Origin: Octopus vulgaris
Lineage: Eukaryota
Assembly (NCBI GenBank): GCA_951406725.2
Contig: OX597818.1
Coordinates: 43,400,001 to 43,464,000 of the forward strand
Length of the DNA: 64,000 bases
Reading direction: 5' to 3'
The translations under genes and the position numbers were made by a program. This document shows positions 25,310-38,700 of the stretch, in pieces (position 1 is the stretch's first letter; each line of letters starts with the position of its first letter). Below the pieces are notes generated by a model. It searched no databases and was not told where the DNA came from. It worked only from the letters and a program-made list of their open reading frames with translations.

Positions 25310-26756
25310 TTTGATGAAGCAGATGGAAGAGACAGGGTTTGGAGAAGAAGGGGTGAACATTATGCCAATGGCCATATCGTGGAGGGAGACTCATGGGGAA
25401 GTTAGAACATCATGGTATGGGGCAGGATTGCACTCAACCAGAAACTTGAACCAGCGGTCTTCCAAAACATCGAACAAGGCTGGGGTGTGAAAATTTTTTT
25501 TTCCACGAGAGTTCTGGACCCCATTTATGAACTCATTTGCATACAGCCAATCAGAGCTCAATTATCAAACAAGTTTCCAACTCGTCACGAAAATATTCTG
25601 GTTGAGTTCAGTGGAAAATGTGTGTTATAGCAAAATCGAACTGTTCTAAATAGGTTAATAGGGGTGACAAATGTGAAATTTGGTGTATAAAGCGAATGGA
25701 AAGCTGCCCATCGATGATGCCATAAGTGTTGCCAATTTGTGTAATTTACTAGAAAATGTAAATGAGTGCAGTTTCCTAATTTTTTGACTGATTTTGTTCA
25801 TTCCTAATTTAAAATGTTGGTACTGATTGGAAACATTGTAATCAATATGGTGTTGTGTCGTATTGCGCCCTCCTTACATATATCAATGGGTACATGCAGT
25901 ATCACTAATCTCAGTCTGAGCATAGGTACCTAATGTTAGCTCCATACAGAGATGGTGCTCAATTGATCTATGAGGATGATGGGTGGGAGCGGGGTATGTG
26001 GTGATTATGTGAGACCTGCTATGCTGTACTCACAGAGTGGCATACACAATTCTATGCCTGAGCGGTTGTACTCTAGCAGTACAGAGTATGTGGATTTTCA
26101 AGGTGAGCTCTGATTGGCTGTATGCAAATAAGTTCATTAATCTCGTGGGAAAAAAATTTTGCAGCCGGGGCAATGGAGTAACCGCTGCTCACTACATCGA
26201 CCAAGTGTTGAGGCTTCACATTGTGTCATACTTTGCCCATCATCGGAATCACGTGTTCCAACATGACAACGCCCGTGCCCATACTGCCAGGTTGACAACA
26301 GACTTCCTTCAACAACACAACATCCAGACTCTGCCATAGCCTGCCCTAAGTCCAGACTTGAATCCCATAGAGCACTTGTGGGATGAAGTCCAAAGAAGGC
26401 TAAATTGCATCTGTCCAAGGCCAACAACTGTAGCACAACTCACTGTAAGTTTTAACAGAGTATGGGCTGCTATCCCCATGGCCTTCATCAATCATTTGGT
26501 GCATTCAGTATACAGAAGATGCCTGGTGTTAATCAATGCTAACGGTGGTCACACAAAATATTGAGTTCATCTCTTTTGATCCAGGACACTCCGTCATCAT
26601 GTGACACCATGTGATGTCAAAAATGTTTCAGGAAATGGCTTTTTATCATTAGGAAAGAACAGTTTCTTAATTAGCACTCTTCAATCAATGCTATGGCATC
26701 TTTTAATAAACCAATTTCTATTTAGTATGTAAGCAACGTTTCTTTTTGGTTCAGTT
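25310..26756 (+). mobile_element. Tc1-like transposon relic interrupted by a TIR element
   Basis: Encodes DGRDRVWRRRGEHY..IMVWG..| insertion |..YIDQVL..VFQHDNARAHTAR..P*PALSPDLNPIEHLWD. TIR-like ...TTTTTGGTTCAGT end. Confidence 0.85.
25486..26163. mobile_element. Unclassified TIR element nested in Tc1
   Basis: About 60-bp imperfect TIRs. Flanking GC(T/C)GGGG 7-bp duplication. Confidence 0.75.
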
Positions 26757-26792
26757 TACATACATGTATATGATAGGTTTCAACAGAGTTCC

Positions 26793-27025
26793 TTATTTCT
26801 TTATTGCCCACGAGGGGCTAAACATAGAGGGGACAAACAAGGACAGACAATGGGACTGAGTCAATTACAACGACCCCAGTGCGTAACTGGTACTTAATTT
26901 ATGACCCCAAAAGGATGAAAGGCAAAGTCAACTTCAGTGGAATTTGATCTCAGAACGTAACAGCACACGAAATACCACCAAGCATTTCACCCGGCATGCT
27001 AACGTTTCTGCCAGCTCACCACCTT
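26793..27025 (-). mobile_element. Meta-domain-type SINE (monomer, LINE-like tail)
   Basis: tRNA head + Meta-like core + tail. Related copies with this tail at about 31281-31508, 38495-38724 and 43376-43572. Copies with the alternative tail at about 8197-8410, 9892-10064, 41673-41860 and 63357-63565. Confidence 0.75.
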
Positions 27026-29233
27026 AGGCTTCAAAAGAGTTTCTGTCAACCAAATTCACCCATAAGCATTGGTCATCCTAGGGCTATAGTAGAAGACACT
27101 TACCCAAGGTATTGTACAGTGGAAATGGGCCCAAAATTACATGGTTGCAAAGTGAGGCCCTGAATAGGTTTCTCATCAAATGGTTCTAATATGCAGTAGC
27201 ATTATAAATGACAAGTTTTTTTTTTAATAAAGTGTTATTTTATTGAGAGAGAGGTATGATTGCATGACTAAGAAACTTGATTTCTAACCATGTGAGCTTA
27301 GGTTTAGTCCTATGGTGAGACACTTGTACAAGCATCTTCTGTTAGAGCCCCAGGTCTTATGAGTGAATTTGATAGACAGAATCTGAAAGTCCAACCCATG
27401 CCAGCATGGAAAGTTGACATTATGTATGTGCTTGTGTGTGTGTGTGTGTGTGTGTTTTGAGTGGGTGTGTTATGCAAGCACCCACCTTGATTTGACACCA
27501 TGTGACAGTTATAAGTGAATATCACCATCATACAAGTGATGTTTGATTCAAACCAGCAAGAAATATGTCTGGCCATAGGGATAGTTAATAATAGCCATTC
27601 CTCAGGACAATACTGTAGTGTCATTGATATTTACATTTGATCTTCTATTCAAGTGAATACAGAAATAAAGAGATTTGTTTGGAATTCTCAGCTGAAATCA
27701 ATTGTTTGACGAAACCTGGGAAACACTGTGTCCTTTATTAGTTCATTTGTATAACATCCATTTTCCAATGCTAGAATGGGTTGGAGAGGAACTTATTTGA
27801 CACTGGATTTTGTGGTTGGATGCTCTTCTTGTTGCCAACACTTGCTTGTTCCTTCTTCCACAGGTCTTAGAAAGTGCAGCGCATCTGGTATAAAGTCAAC
27901 AAGGAATGAAAACATCATATCACTGTTTAATTCAAGCAATAACATTTTTCCCTGTTTTTCCAATGTTTCATCAGTGTACGTTCAGAACTGCATCATCAAA
28001 TATCTATTCCCCTTTCAAGACTATATGGTGTGAGGGAAATTCGGCTACTATTCATAAACACAAACACTCACATAAACAATACAACAGGCCTGTTGTATAA
28101 GTGTGTGTGTGTTTACTCACAAAACCAAGTGTATTAATTGTTATTGGTATAGATGCCAATTTATAATCTGGATATAGAAATAGTAGTGAGAGATTTCAAA
28201 GCAGTTGTCCATAGTTATCTTCTTTCTCTTTAATTTTCAAAGAAATATTCACATTAGCAGGACAACTGACCTCTGTGATGGTTCCTACTTATTCTTGTCT
28301 GTCCCAAACAACAATGTTTTGATGGAAATGTTCCACCAGCATTCCTTGTGTTGATATTTGTCAATATATTAAATAACAGAGGAATTCTCTATATTTATTC
28401 CAGAACAGTCTTTTTTCTGAATGACATTGTATTGTGCCTAAAGTGTGCCTAAGCCAGCTGGAGGAGATGTTCTCCTAGGGCTACAAGCTACAGTAACACC
28501 CATCCTTAGTGGTTAGCCATATTGAGATGGCAAATATACCTCACATTGTATATTGTTTTTGTGACCAGGTAGTATCTTGAAGACATATTTGGGCAGCTGC
28601 TTATCATGTGTGATGTCTTCCACAGACATAGAACATAATCTACATTTTCAATTGCATTTTGGAGCTCCAAGGGTTTTACTGTTTCTTCTGTTGATTGGGT
28701 ATTTAGTAGCAATCTCCTGTTCTTGGATTACTTCTTTGAAGTGTGATGCAGCGGTCATGAATCCAAGAGAAGCTTTGCTTCATGTCAATGTAACTATCTT
28801 CTTTAAGTCTTCAGGAAGTGTCCTTCAAATGTATTTCAATCAATCAAATCAATACCAGTAGTTGACTGATATTTTAATCTTATCAAAGCTAAGGAGGATG
28901 AAAGATGAAGACGACCTTAGTGAGATTTGAACTCAGAATATAAAGGTCTGGAACCAAATGATGTAAAGTAGTTTGTCTGACACTTTAACAATTCTGTCAA
29001 TCCGCTATTTGAGAATTTCTTTTTTATCAGTTAGTCAGAAGGACAGAGCATATGATCCATTTTAGGGTCTATGAAACTGGTGGGAGGAAGAAAGGAAGGT
29101 ATCCTCAAGTTGGAAACCTCACCTAATTGCTTGCAACAGAATGGGCTCTGCTAAAGGTACCCAAAAGCCAGGTGATGGTAGTAAACAAGGCAATGAAATA
29201 ACAAGTCTATTGTGTAATGTTTGACTTTACCTA

Positions 29234-29621
29234 TCTTTATATATAAAAGTAAGGTTGTGTGTCTGTCTACTCCGATTTAGATTCCTAACTACTCCCACAT
29301 TTTGCAGTGCAGTTATAACCAAAACCGGCTATCTTATAGTCGTGATTCATATCGAGCCCTTCTGGGTATTAGCGCGCGTCTACGATGAGTCTACGATTTT
29401 AAAAATAATTTACCATCATTTTTTCCATTTTAATGCATTTTTTTAAAGGGAAGTAACTCTCTAAAAATGTCTACGATGAGTCAACGATTTTAAAAAAAAT
29501 TTACCATCATATTTTTTTCATTTTTAATGCATTTTTTTGCTATTTTTTGGCTATAACTCTCTAAAAATGCTTTATAGTTATTTCCCTTACAAACCCGAGC
29601 AACGCCAGGCGATACTGCTAG
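29234..29621 (+). mobile_element. Non-autonomous Helitron
   Basis: Inserted between A and T. 5' TC(TTTATATATAAAAG), 3' CTAG preceded by GC-rich CCCGAGCAACGCCAGGC. Internal ~70-bp direct repeat (about 29378 and 29470). Confidence 0.8.
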
Positions 29622-32600
29622 TTTCTGATAAAATACTATTATAAATTATATTTTATAACCAACTGATTAAAGTAGAGTTCACACTTACTTGTTATTTACA
29701 ATTTCATGATTTTGTATACAAGAAGAAATGCATGTGTTGAAATTAAAGACAGATGTCTTTCTGAAGAAACAGTAAAATAAAAAGAAAATATGCAATATTA
29801 GTCAACAGATTCATGCATTATTTATTGGTTGTTAATTGATTATCAGTGCTTATTTTTATGATTTAGATATTCAGGCCAAGCATAGTTCATTAAATGATCT
29901 CATCCTATTTCTGAATTATTAATAATCGCCAAAAATTCCAGACAGCATATACAAGAAATTGTTCAGAAAATTTATTTGAACTCATCAAATAATATTCTAA
30001 TGCTGCTGCAGATCAGGATGAGGATTATACTAAAAATTTCAACTTGCCACTTAGTTATTAATCTGTAAAATTAAAAAATTCACAGGAGTGGCTCTGTGGT
30101 AAGTAGCTTGCCTACCAACCACATGGTTCCGGGTTCAGTCCCACTGCGTGGCACCTTAGGCAAGTGTCTTCTACTATAGCCTCGGGCCGATCAAAGCCTT
30201 GTGAGTGGATTTGGTAGACAGAAACTGAAAGAAGCCCATCATAGATATGTATATATATATATATGTGCGTGTATGTTTGTGTGTCTGTGTTTGTCCCTTA
30301 GCATTGCTTGAGTAAAAGAGTATACCGCACATCCTTAATTTAAGTACGTCCTTAATTTTATTAGATAAATATATTAACAATTAACCTTAAAGCTTTCTTG
30401 AATTGTGTTGTTATTTAGCCCCAGGTTATCCCTGATTGAGTACATCTATAATAAATGGTATTCCAGCCTTGGCCATCCCATCTTCTTTTAACATTTTTCA
30501 CTGTTTTTCCAATATTTCATCAGTGTGCATTCAGAACTGCATCATCAAATATCTGTTCCCCTTTCAAGACTATATGGTGTGAGGGAAATTCGGCTTCTAT
30601 TCCTAGCTAGTCAAATTATTGTGTAAAAGTGCACTCATTTTCTGTCTTATCTTATTATTTTTAATAGGTGGAGACATGGCTGTGATATGCACAAGCGTAA
30701 CTGGGATAGGCTTAAGCTTGACTGTGTAGTTAAAAAGCTTGCTTTCCAACCATCTGGTCTCAGGTTTAGTCCCACTGCATGACACTTTGGACAAGTGTCT
30801 TCTACTATAGCCTAGAGCTGTCTAAAATCTGGTAAGTAGATTTCAATTTCTGTCTACCATATCCACTTACCAGACAAGCTGTCTCAACAAATTCCATCTG
30901 ATATATGCAAGCATGAAAAAGTGATGATGATAATGATGATGACAATGACGAGGAGGAGGATTCCTTGAAGCTTGTTATATATGTTTCCTTGTATGTCTGT
31001 AAGGTCTTAATGTTTTATAATCCATTATATCATCAAAGAGTCAGTGGAAAGGCTCTTCATGTTATTCAAAATGAGTTTACATTAGTGGAATTCTGTTGCT
31101 TACTTCATTCTCACAACAACATTCTATCGCTGTACTAACAGCTAATGAAACACTTGTTAATCATAGAGAAGTAAAGAGACATTCTACATGGCTCCTCTAC
31201 TTTATAAACTGAAAGCTCCACAGGAAAAGAGAAAGAGGTCATGCGTTACATCTCAGGGTTTGGGGAGGCATATATATATATTTCTTTACTACCCACAAGG
31301 GGCTAAACACAGAGGGGACAAACAAGGACAGACAAATGGATTAAGTCGATTACATCGATCCCAGTGCATAACTGGTACTTAATTTATCGACCCTGAAAGG
31401 ATGAAAGGCAAAGTCGACCTCGACGGAATTTGAACTCAGAACATAATGGCAGACGAAATATGGCTACGCATTTCGCCCTGCATGCTAATGTTTCTGCCAA
31501 CACGCCGAGGAGGAATATATATAGGCACCATTCCCGTACCGAGTTGGATTCAGTTCATAATACTTTGCTACCCTACGAATGTATAAACCTTTTGTCAATG
31601 TAAGAAATAAGTCATACATAGCTTTTGTTCTTTATGGGTAAACTATATACCTCCATATGGGTAGCTGTTTACAGTATGATGGATTGAGTAAATTTTGTGT
31701 TGTCTTTTCTAGTGTCAATTACAAATCTTAACATTGCCATTAAATGAATTGCTGGTGTTATACATAAATTTAAGATATAGAATCAAGTGGCTTTTGAACT
31801 TAAAGAACTTAACTAAACCCATACTTGCTTTTGTAACGTTATTATTTCTCGATACAAAGTATAGCACGGGTATCATTCTCACGAACGAGTTCAATTGAAA
31901 TTCGTTGAAACCACTAAGTTTATTTCACATATATATAGGTGGTGGGTGAGGTTTTCTGGCATTCTTGTTCCCCTCTCTTATAAATGGATTGCTATCAGTA
32001 TTATGAAGGACTATCTATTTCAACTAAACAAAACACAACTAATACTAATGACATCGGCTCTGTTAGTCCTAAAAAATCAAAATCATACCAAAACCGACAA
32101 AATCTTTTCTCGGCAATAGCTTTAAAATGTGTAGGAGTCTCTAATGACTTTAATCTCTCAAAAACAAACAAAAATGAACTAAAAATTGAAAGATGACGTA
32201 ATAAGATGATAAGGGGAAATAATTCATGTGACTTATTTTCCTTGCATTTCATAAGCTTCTTATCTACTTCCTTAGTTACTGCTCTGGGACCTAAACAGTT
32301 TTCCTTAGCGACCATCTTTGTATGGTTCGAATTTTTTATCTGGTGACTATTTCACCTCAAGTATTAATCTTGAGAAGTAAGGGACTGTCGAAAAAACACG
32401 ACGTGTTTGGTGGGGTTGATATTTCGGTATTCATGAAGAAGATATTTTTTTGAATTCGTTGGAAATGTTTTCTGAACATAATCATTTATGTTGATAATAT
32501 TGTAGTTTACATTCGAAAATAAACAAAATAAAAGTTAATTTAAATGAGGAAAGGATATAAGTAATATTTAATACCAACATTTTGTTAGCAGTGTAGCAGG

Positions 32601-34407
32601 TACTGCGGAGCTCTTTATGAGTGGGAGGGCTATTAAAATAAAATTAATGTTAGCATGCAGTGAAGACGGTTAAAACATTTTATAACATCTATGGTTTTTA
32701 AATTTGCTAATTTAAATGTTAATTAACATTGAAAGATGAATCGACCTTAGTCACAGGCACGTTTAAGTGAAAAGTAAAGGTCAAAGAAAGCTTTAATGCT
32801 AATTAATGTATCCAGCGATTGATAGTGGGCTTCAGTATTATGTTTTACTGAAAAATTGGGGGCTCCACGGTCTCTATATAGTCGTAGATATACAAAGAAA
32901 AAACGGATGTAGTTGGAAGCGTTCGGTTATGGGTCCCTCGATTAAAGCTCATCAGATGCTAAACAATTAGACTGTTTTGTCTTATATTGTATTAGAAGCA
33001 AATAAAATAAAGAAAGTTACGAGAAAGAAAATCGAAAAAATTTTCACTGAACTGACCATTAACGCGTTGGCGTACGTAATCGGTTTGTATGTCTAAGACC
33101 ATGAAGCTTTTTTTTTTTATTTGTTTAGGAACATAAACTACAACATTACCTTTATGAGATTTGAGCTGAGAATTACCATTACATATAACGGTGACGGCCT
33201 GATAATCGAAAATGGTAGTACATGGGTCTATTTGTCACCGTTGCTGTCGTCATCGCTCTTTGAAGACGATTGCTCGTGAATTTTTTAACTTGTATGACAT
33301 TTTAAACATGAAGTTTTCTTTAGTTTAACTTTAACAGCTATGATCTTTGTAGATCATAGTTAAATTAAGAAATGCCTTTGTGACAGTATTAAAATGGATC
33401 TGGAATGTTGATCGTCGATAATGTTTTCAAAAACAGATAAGAAACCAAGGAAACTAATAATGGTCTGCGCCGGCCAAGATTCCACATTATGAAAATTCCC
33501 CATTTTAAAGTTGTTTCGTTTTTTGTTTTTACATAAATGTTTTCGTGCTAGCACCAATGCAATTTTTTAAAATTCGTATTTGTGATTATATTAACAGGTA
33601 TACATAACAGATGTAAGTTTTTAGGAAAAGGTTAAGCTGTAACCCTTATCAACAGCTGGAAGAGGTTTAAGGTACAATGTTAAACAATTGGAAAACAGGG
33701 AACACCAAAACAGGTCCACTACCTTAAATATTCAGATCAGAGATATGTAGCATTTTATATGTGAGAAGTAGGATGATTTCAGTTGATCAAATTGACCCAA
33801 TATTTGGCAGCATTCTACTTGTAAGTGTCTTGTTTGTCTCAATGATCTGTACTTTATTACTCATAGTGATTGTATTCTTTTTCTGACTTGTGATCAACTA
33901 ACCAATAAGATTTTATACACACACATACACGTATCTGCTATCTGTCACATAGCTTCCATCTACCAAATTTCATTGACAATAAGTTGGTCGACCAAGAGCT
34001 GTGTGAGTGAATTCAGTCACAAAAAGATAAGAGGTATGAGAGGATACAAGTAGTTGATAAATTTTAGATGCAGAACATGCATTTCAATTTATACTTTTAC
34101 ATTCCAATTTAGTTCAAGTGCCATCACCATTGCCTTCACTGTCACCATTGTTGCCACTATCACCATCTTCATTGTCATCATCGGCGTCATTATCATCATC
34201 ATCATCATCGTTTAACATCCATTTTCCATGCTGGCATGGGATGGGTGGTTTGACAGGAGCTGGCAAGCCAGAGAGCTGCACCTGGCTCTTATTGTCTGCT
34301 TGTTTTGGCAATGGTTTCTATAACTGGATGCCCTTCCTAGTGCTGGCTACTACTGTACAGAGTGTAACTGGCTGCCTTTTATGAGGCACCAGCATCAGTG
34401 TTTTATG

Positions 34408-35013
34408 TGTAGTGATCCTATAATGGTGCGCGCGCGTGCACCGTCCATTTTCTATTTCGCGCGTGCGAGTGTTGGTGCCTTCACCAAGGCACAGAAAGGA
34501 AGGGCCCTCTCGCGCATGCGCGAACCACCGGAAGCACGACCCTTTTGCCTACGTGGTAGTTAGCCAAGGCAAGGGGGTCGTAGAACGTTTGACCACTAGC
34601 AGCAGTCAGCGGGGACTTGAGACATGGCTATTGAAGGCGACGGTCACGCATATTTTCTCTCCGTCCGGACTAGATTCTAGCAGCACCATACCAAAAGGCC
34701 TTTAACCAAATTGTTGCAGACCTCATCTTCTTCCTCCGGATGCCATCTTTAACCCATTCTGTTTTTAGCGGCTGAACATTGTAAATATTACAATCGATTA
34801 ACTTTCAGCCTTGCGCGCCCAGAACCAAGGACGTCAGATAACCACTTATTGTTACTGTTACCACATTAGAGAATAAAGTAGTATATATATCTTTTACGTC
34901 TGCGTCTTGTTGTTTCTGACTGGTAGAATTCTGGATTATTAAAGCAACGGCTAGTGATTGCTTTCTTGTACCCCGAAAGTACAAGAGAAGATACACACAC
35001 TAAGTTCGTTACA
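34408..35013 (+). mobile_element. Solo LTR (Gypsy-like)
   Basis: TGTAGTGA...TCGTTACA termini. 4-bp TSD TATG at 34404-34407 and 35014-35017. Internal AATAAA, CpG-rich. Interrupts an ATG-tailed repeat. Strand inferred from the AATAAA only. Confidence 0.8.
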
Positions 35014-35654
35014 TATGCGTAGCACCATTACAGGTGCTTCATATGTGGCACCAGCATGGGGGCTTTTTACATGACACCAGTATTATTTTTAAGTACTGAT
35101 TTTTGAAATTATAATTATTAAAACTAATTATAATATTGGATTGATTGTTTAAAAATATATTTAATTTGAATTTGCAACAACAATGATTTCATACAAAATA
35201 AGTCATAGTTTATCCAGTTGATATAATAATAAGAAACCAAGAATTCATTTTTTAAGAATTTTCCTCCTGGAAATAAATTCCAATAATTATCTGTTGTGAA
35301 AATGACTGACATGAAGTATTTGAAATTGCAAGGAAGTGCAATTGGATGAACCATTAGAGTGAAGTGTGTGTCTGAAATGATGATTGTGTACTTTCCCACA
35401 ACTATAGTAAAAGCTTAAATAGAAGCTTATAGCATACTCTTTTACTCTTTCTCTCTTTTACTTGTTTCAGTCATTTGACTGCGGCCATGCAGGAGCACCG
35501 CCTTTAGTCAAGCAAATCGACCCCGGGACTTATTTTTTTGTAAGCCCAGTACTTATTCTATCGGTCTCTTTTGCCGAACCGCTAAGTGATGGGGACGTAA
35601 ACACACCAGCATCGGTTGTCAATCAATGCTAGGGGGACAAACACAGACACACAA

Positions 35655-35717
<63 letters not shown>

Positions 35718-38700
35718 ACAGGCTTCTTTCAGTTTCCATCTACCAAATCCACTCACAAGGCATTGGTCAGCCCAGGGCTATAGCAGAAGACACTTGCCCA
35801 AGATGCCACGCAGTAGGACTGAACCCAGAACATCTGAGAAATTGTTGCGTATATATGTGTAGGAGAGACTGAACAAATTTATGGCATGCAGTTGGTAGAA
35901 TGGGAAGGTGTGATTCACAAGTCCAGTGCTTCACACTTCTATGTCCCCAGCTGTTGAAGACCATACTAGACACATTGATGTGCAATGGTTTGTCTTATGG
36001 AATGCAAATTGGCTGCCATGGTTTGTGTTTTCTCCATGATCCAATCTGTTGCTGTATACTTGTAGATATTATTAGTGGTGGCCACAACAGAACCAGACAA
36101 AGTGAGCTTGAGTGTAGTATGATAATTGCTCTTCCTCTGCACACATCATCCATGGTGTTCATCTCACTGCAATAATTTGAGTAAATGAGGTCATTAACAT
36201 TCCTGTTATTTATGTCAGCATGCACTTTCAGGGTTTCATTGGTATAAAGGGGAGTGTTTTCAGGATGATATTATTCAAACCATAGTGTTGTATCGTTGCT
36301 GACTATGTAAGGTATTTGAACTCATTTTGGTGTGTTTGAATGGCCTTTTACCCCTTTTTTTTAACTGTATTCTACATGTGTACTGACCTAAAAGGGTTGG
36401 TGAAGAATAGCAGGCTTTAAAACTTTGCCTCAAAAAAACCATCTGGCCTAATGCCAGCATGAAAAAGTGATTGTGAAATTCTGATGACACACACACACAC
36501 ATGCGCATGCACACACACACAGGTATGTATATGTGTATCATCATCATCATCATCATCATCGTTTGATGTCTGTTTTCCATGCTGGCATAGGTTGGACAGT
36601 CTCACAGGATCCAGTGAGCCGCAAACCTGTGTCTAGCTCAAGTGTCAGCTTTGGCATGGTTTCTACAACTAGATGCCCTTCTTAATGTCAACCACTTTAC
36701 AGAGTGTACTGGGCTGCTTTATTCATGCCACCAGCACTAGTGAGGTTGCCATGTAAATTTGAAAGACCATAAAAAGAATATGGAAAAAAGAAAAAAAATA
36801 CACAACTAAAAAGAAACCTGTGTCAGTGGAGTGCTAAGAGCACCATCCGAGCATGATCGCTGCCAGAGCAGCTGAGTGGCATTCATGCCAGTAGCACGTA
36901 AAAAGGCACCATTCAAACATGATCGTTACCAGCGCCGCCTTACTGGCACATGAAAAACATTTGAGCGAGGTCCTTGCCAGTGCTGCTGGACTGGCTCCTG
37001 TATAGGCGGCACGTAAAAGACACCATTTGAGCATGGCCGTTGCCAGTACTGCCTGACTGGCCCTCATGCCAGTGGCACATAAAAGCACCCTCTACACTCT
37101 CGGAGTGGTCGGCGTTAGGAAGGGCATCCAGCTGTAGAAACTCTGCCAGATCAGATTGGAGACTGGCGTAGCCATCTGGTTCGCCAGTCCTCAGTCAAAT
37201 CGTCCAAACCATGCTAGCATGGAAAGTGGACATTAAACGATGATGATGATGTAAGATGGAAGTGTACTCCATGAGGTTCAATGCTTGAAAAGAACTCAGT
37301 CACCACGCCTCCTTGAGGCGCAACACTCAAAAGGAACTCAGCCACTTTGCTTCTGTGAGGCCCAACGTTCAAAGGTGTACTTAGCAAATATATATATTCT
37401 CTTTTAATTTTTTATTTGCTTCAGTCATTTGACTGTGGCCATGATGGAGCACTGGCTTTAAAAAGCTACATAGTCATCATCTAGCATCTGTTTTCCTTGC
37501 TGGCATGGATTAGACAGTTTGACTGGAACTGGTAAGCCATAGAGCTGTACAAGGCTCCAGTCTGATTTTGGATGCTTTTCCTAATACCAATCACTTCATG
37601 AATGTAGTGGGTACATTCTGTGTGTCACTGGCACCAATGCCTTTTACGTGCTCACCAGTAGGAGAGTGCAATTTGTTGGTATAGATTCATGATGCAAATG
37701 GAGAATGAGTTTTGAGTGAAGAAGTGATGTGAAGTGTCAGAAAAAAATGTCAGTAGCAGAGGAAGACTGATGAGGATGTTGTAAGAACTAATAAAGTCTG
37801 ATGAGATAGAAGGCAAGTGATAATATACTGTGCATGCAGCATACCTGTCTCACCTATTCCAACATTATTGGGTATTGAAATGATGATTGTGTGTGTGTGT
37901 GTGCATGTATGTGTTTGTGTGTATATATGGGTGTGTATATGTGTATGTATGTGTATATGAATGTGTGTGAATATATATATATGTGTGTGTGTGTGTGTGC
38001 ATGCACACATGTGCACACAGATTATCTTTTCCTTAAAATTGCATCTCATCATCATCGTTTACTGTCTACTTTTCCATGTTTGCATGGGTCAGATGGAATC
38101 TGTTGAAGCAGATTTTGTATGGCTTGATGCCCTTCCTGTTGCCAACCCTCACTTATTTTCAAGTGAAGGTAATATTTCATCATGGAAGATAGGAAATGAC
38201 CAACATCGCTTATATGTCACTGATGCTCTTTTACAATCATCACATGATGTCAAGACAAGAGTACACACAAACACACACACACACACACACACACTCAGAC
38301 ATATACCATGGAGTTCTTTCAGTTTCTGTCTGTTTTGTCCCGTCATATGACTTTGGTTAGTCTATAGCTATAGTTGAAGACACTTGCCCAAGGTACTGTG
38401 CAGTGGAGCTGAACCCAAGACTGCATGTTTAGGAAAAGTGCTTCTTAACCACATAACCATGCCTGCACCCATATAATCATCATCATCACCATCTGTTTCT
38501 TTATTGCCCACAAGGGGCTAAACATAGAGGGGACAAACAAGGACAGACAAACGGATTAAGTCGATTACATCGACCCCAGTGTGTAACTGGTACTTAATTT
38601 ATCAACCCCGAAAGGATGAAAGGCAAAGTCGACCTCGGCGGAATTTGAACTCAGAATGTAACGGCAGACGAAATACAGCTACGCATTTCACCCGGCATGC

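Noticed and set aside
35860-36300. Possible degenerate LTR-retrotransposon pol fragment
   Set aside because: Only a vague resemblance (PWQPICIP). No diagnostic motif recognised.
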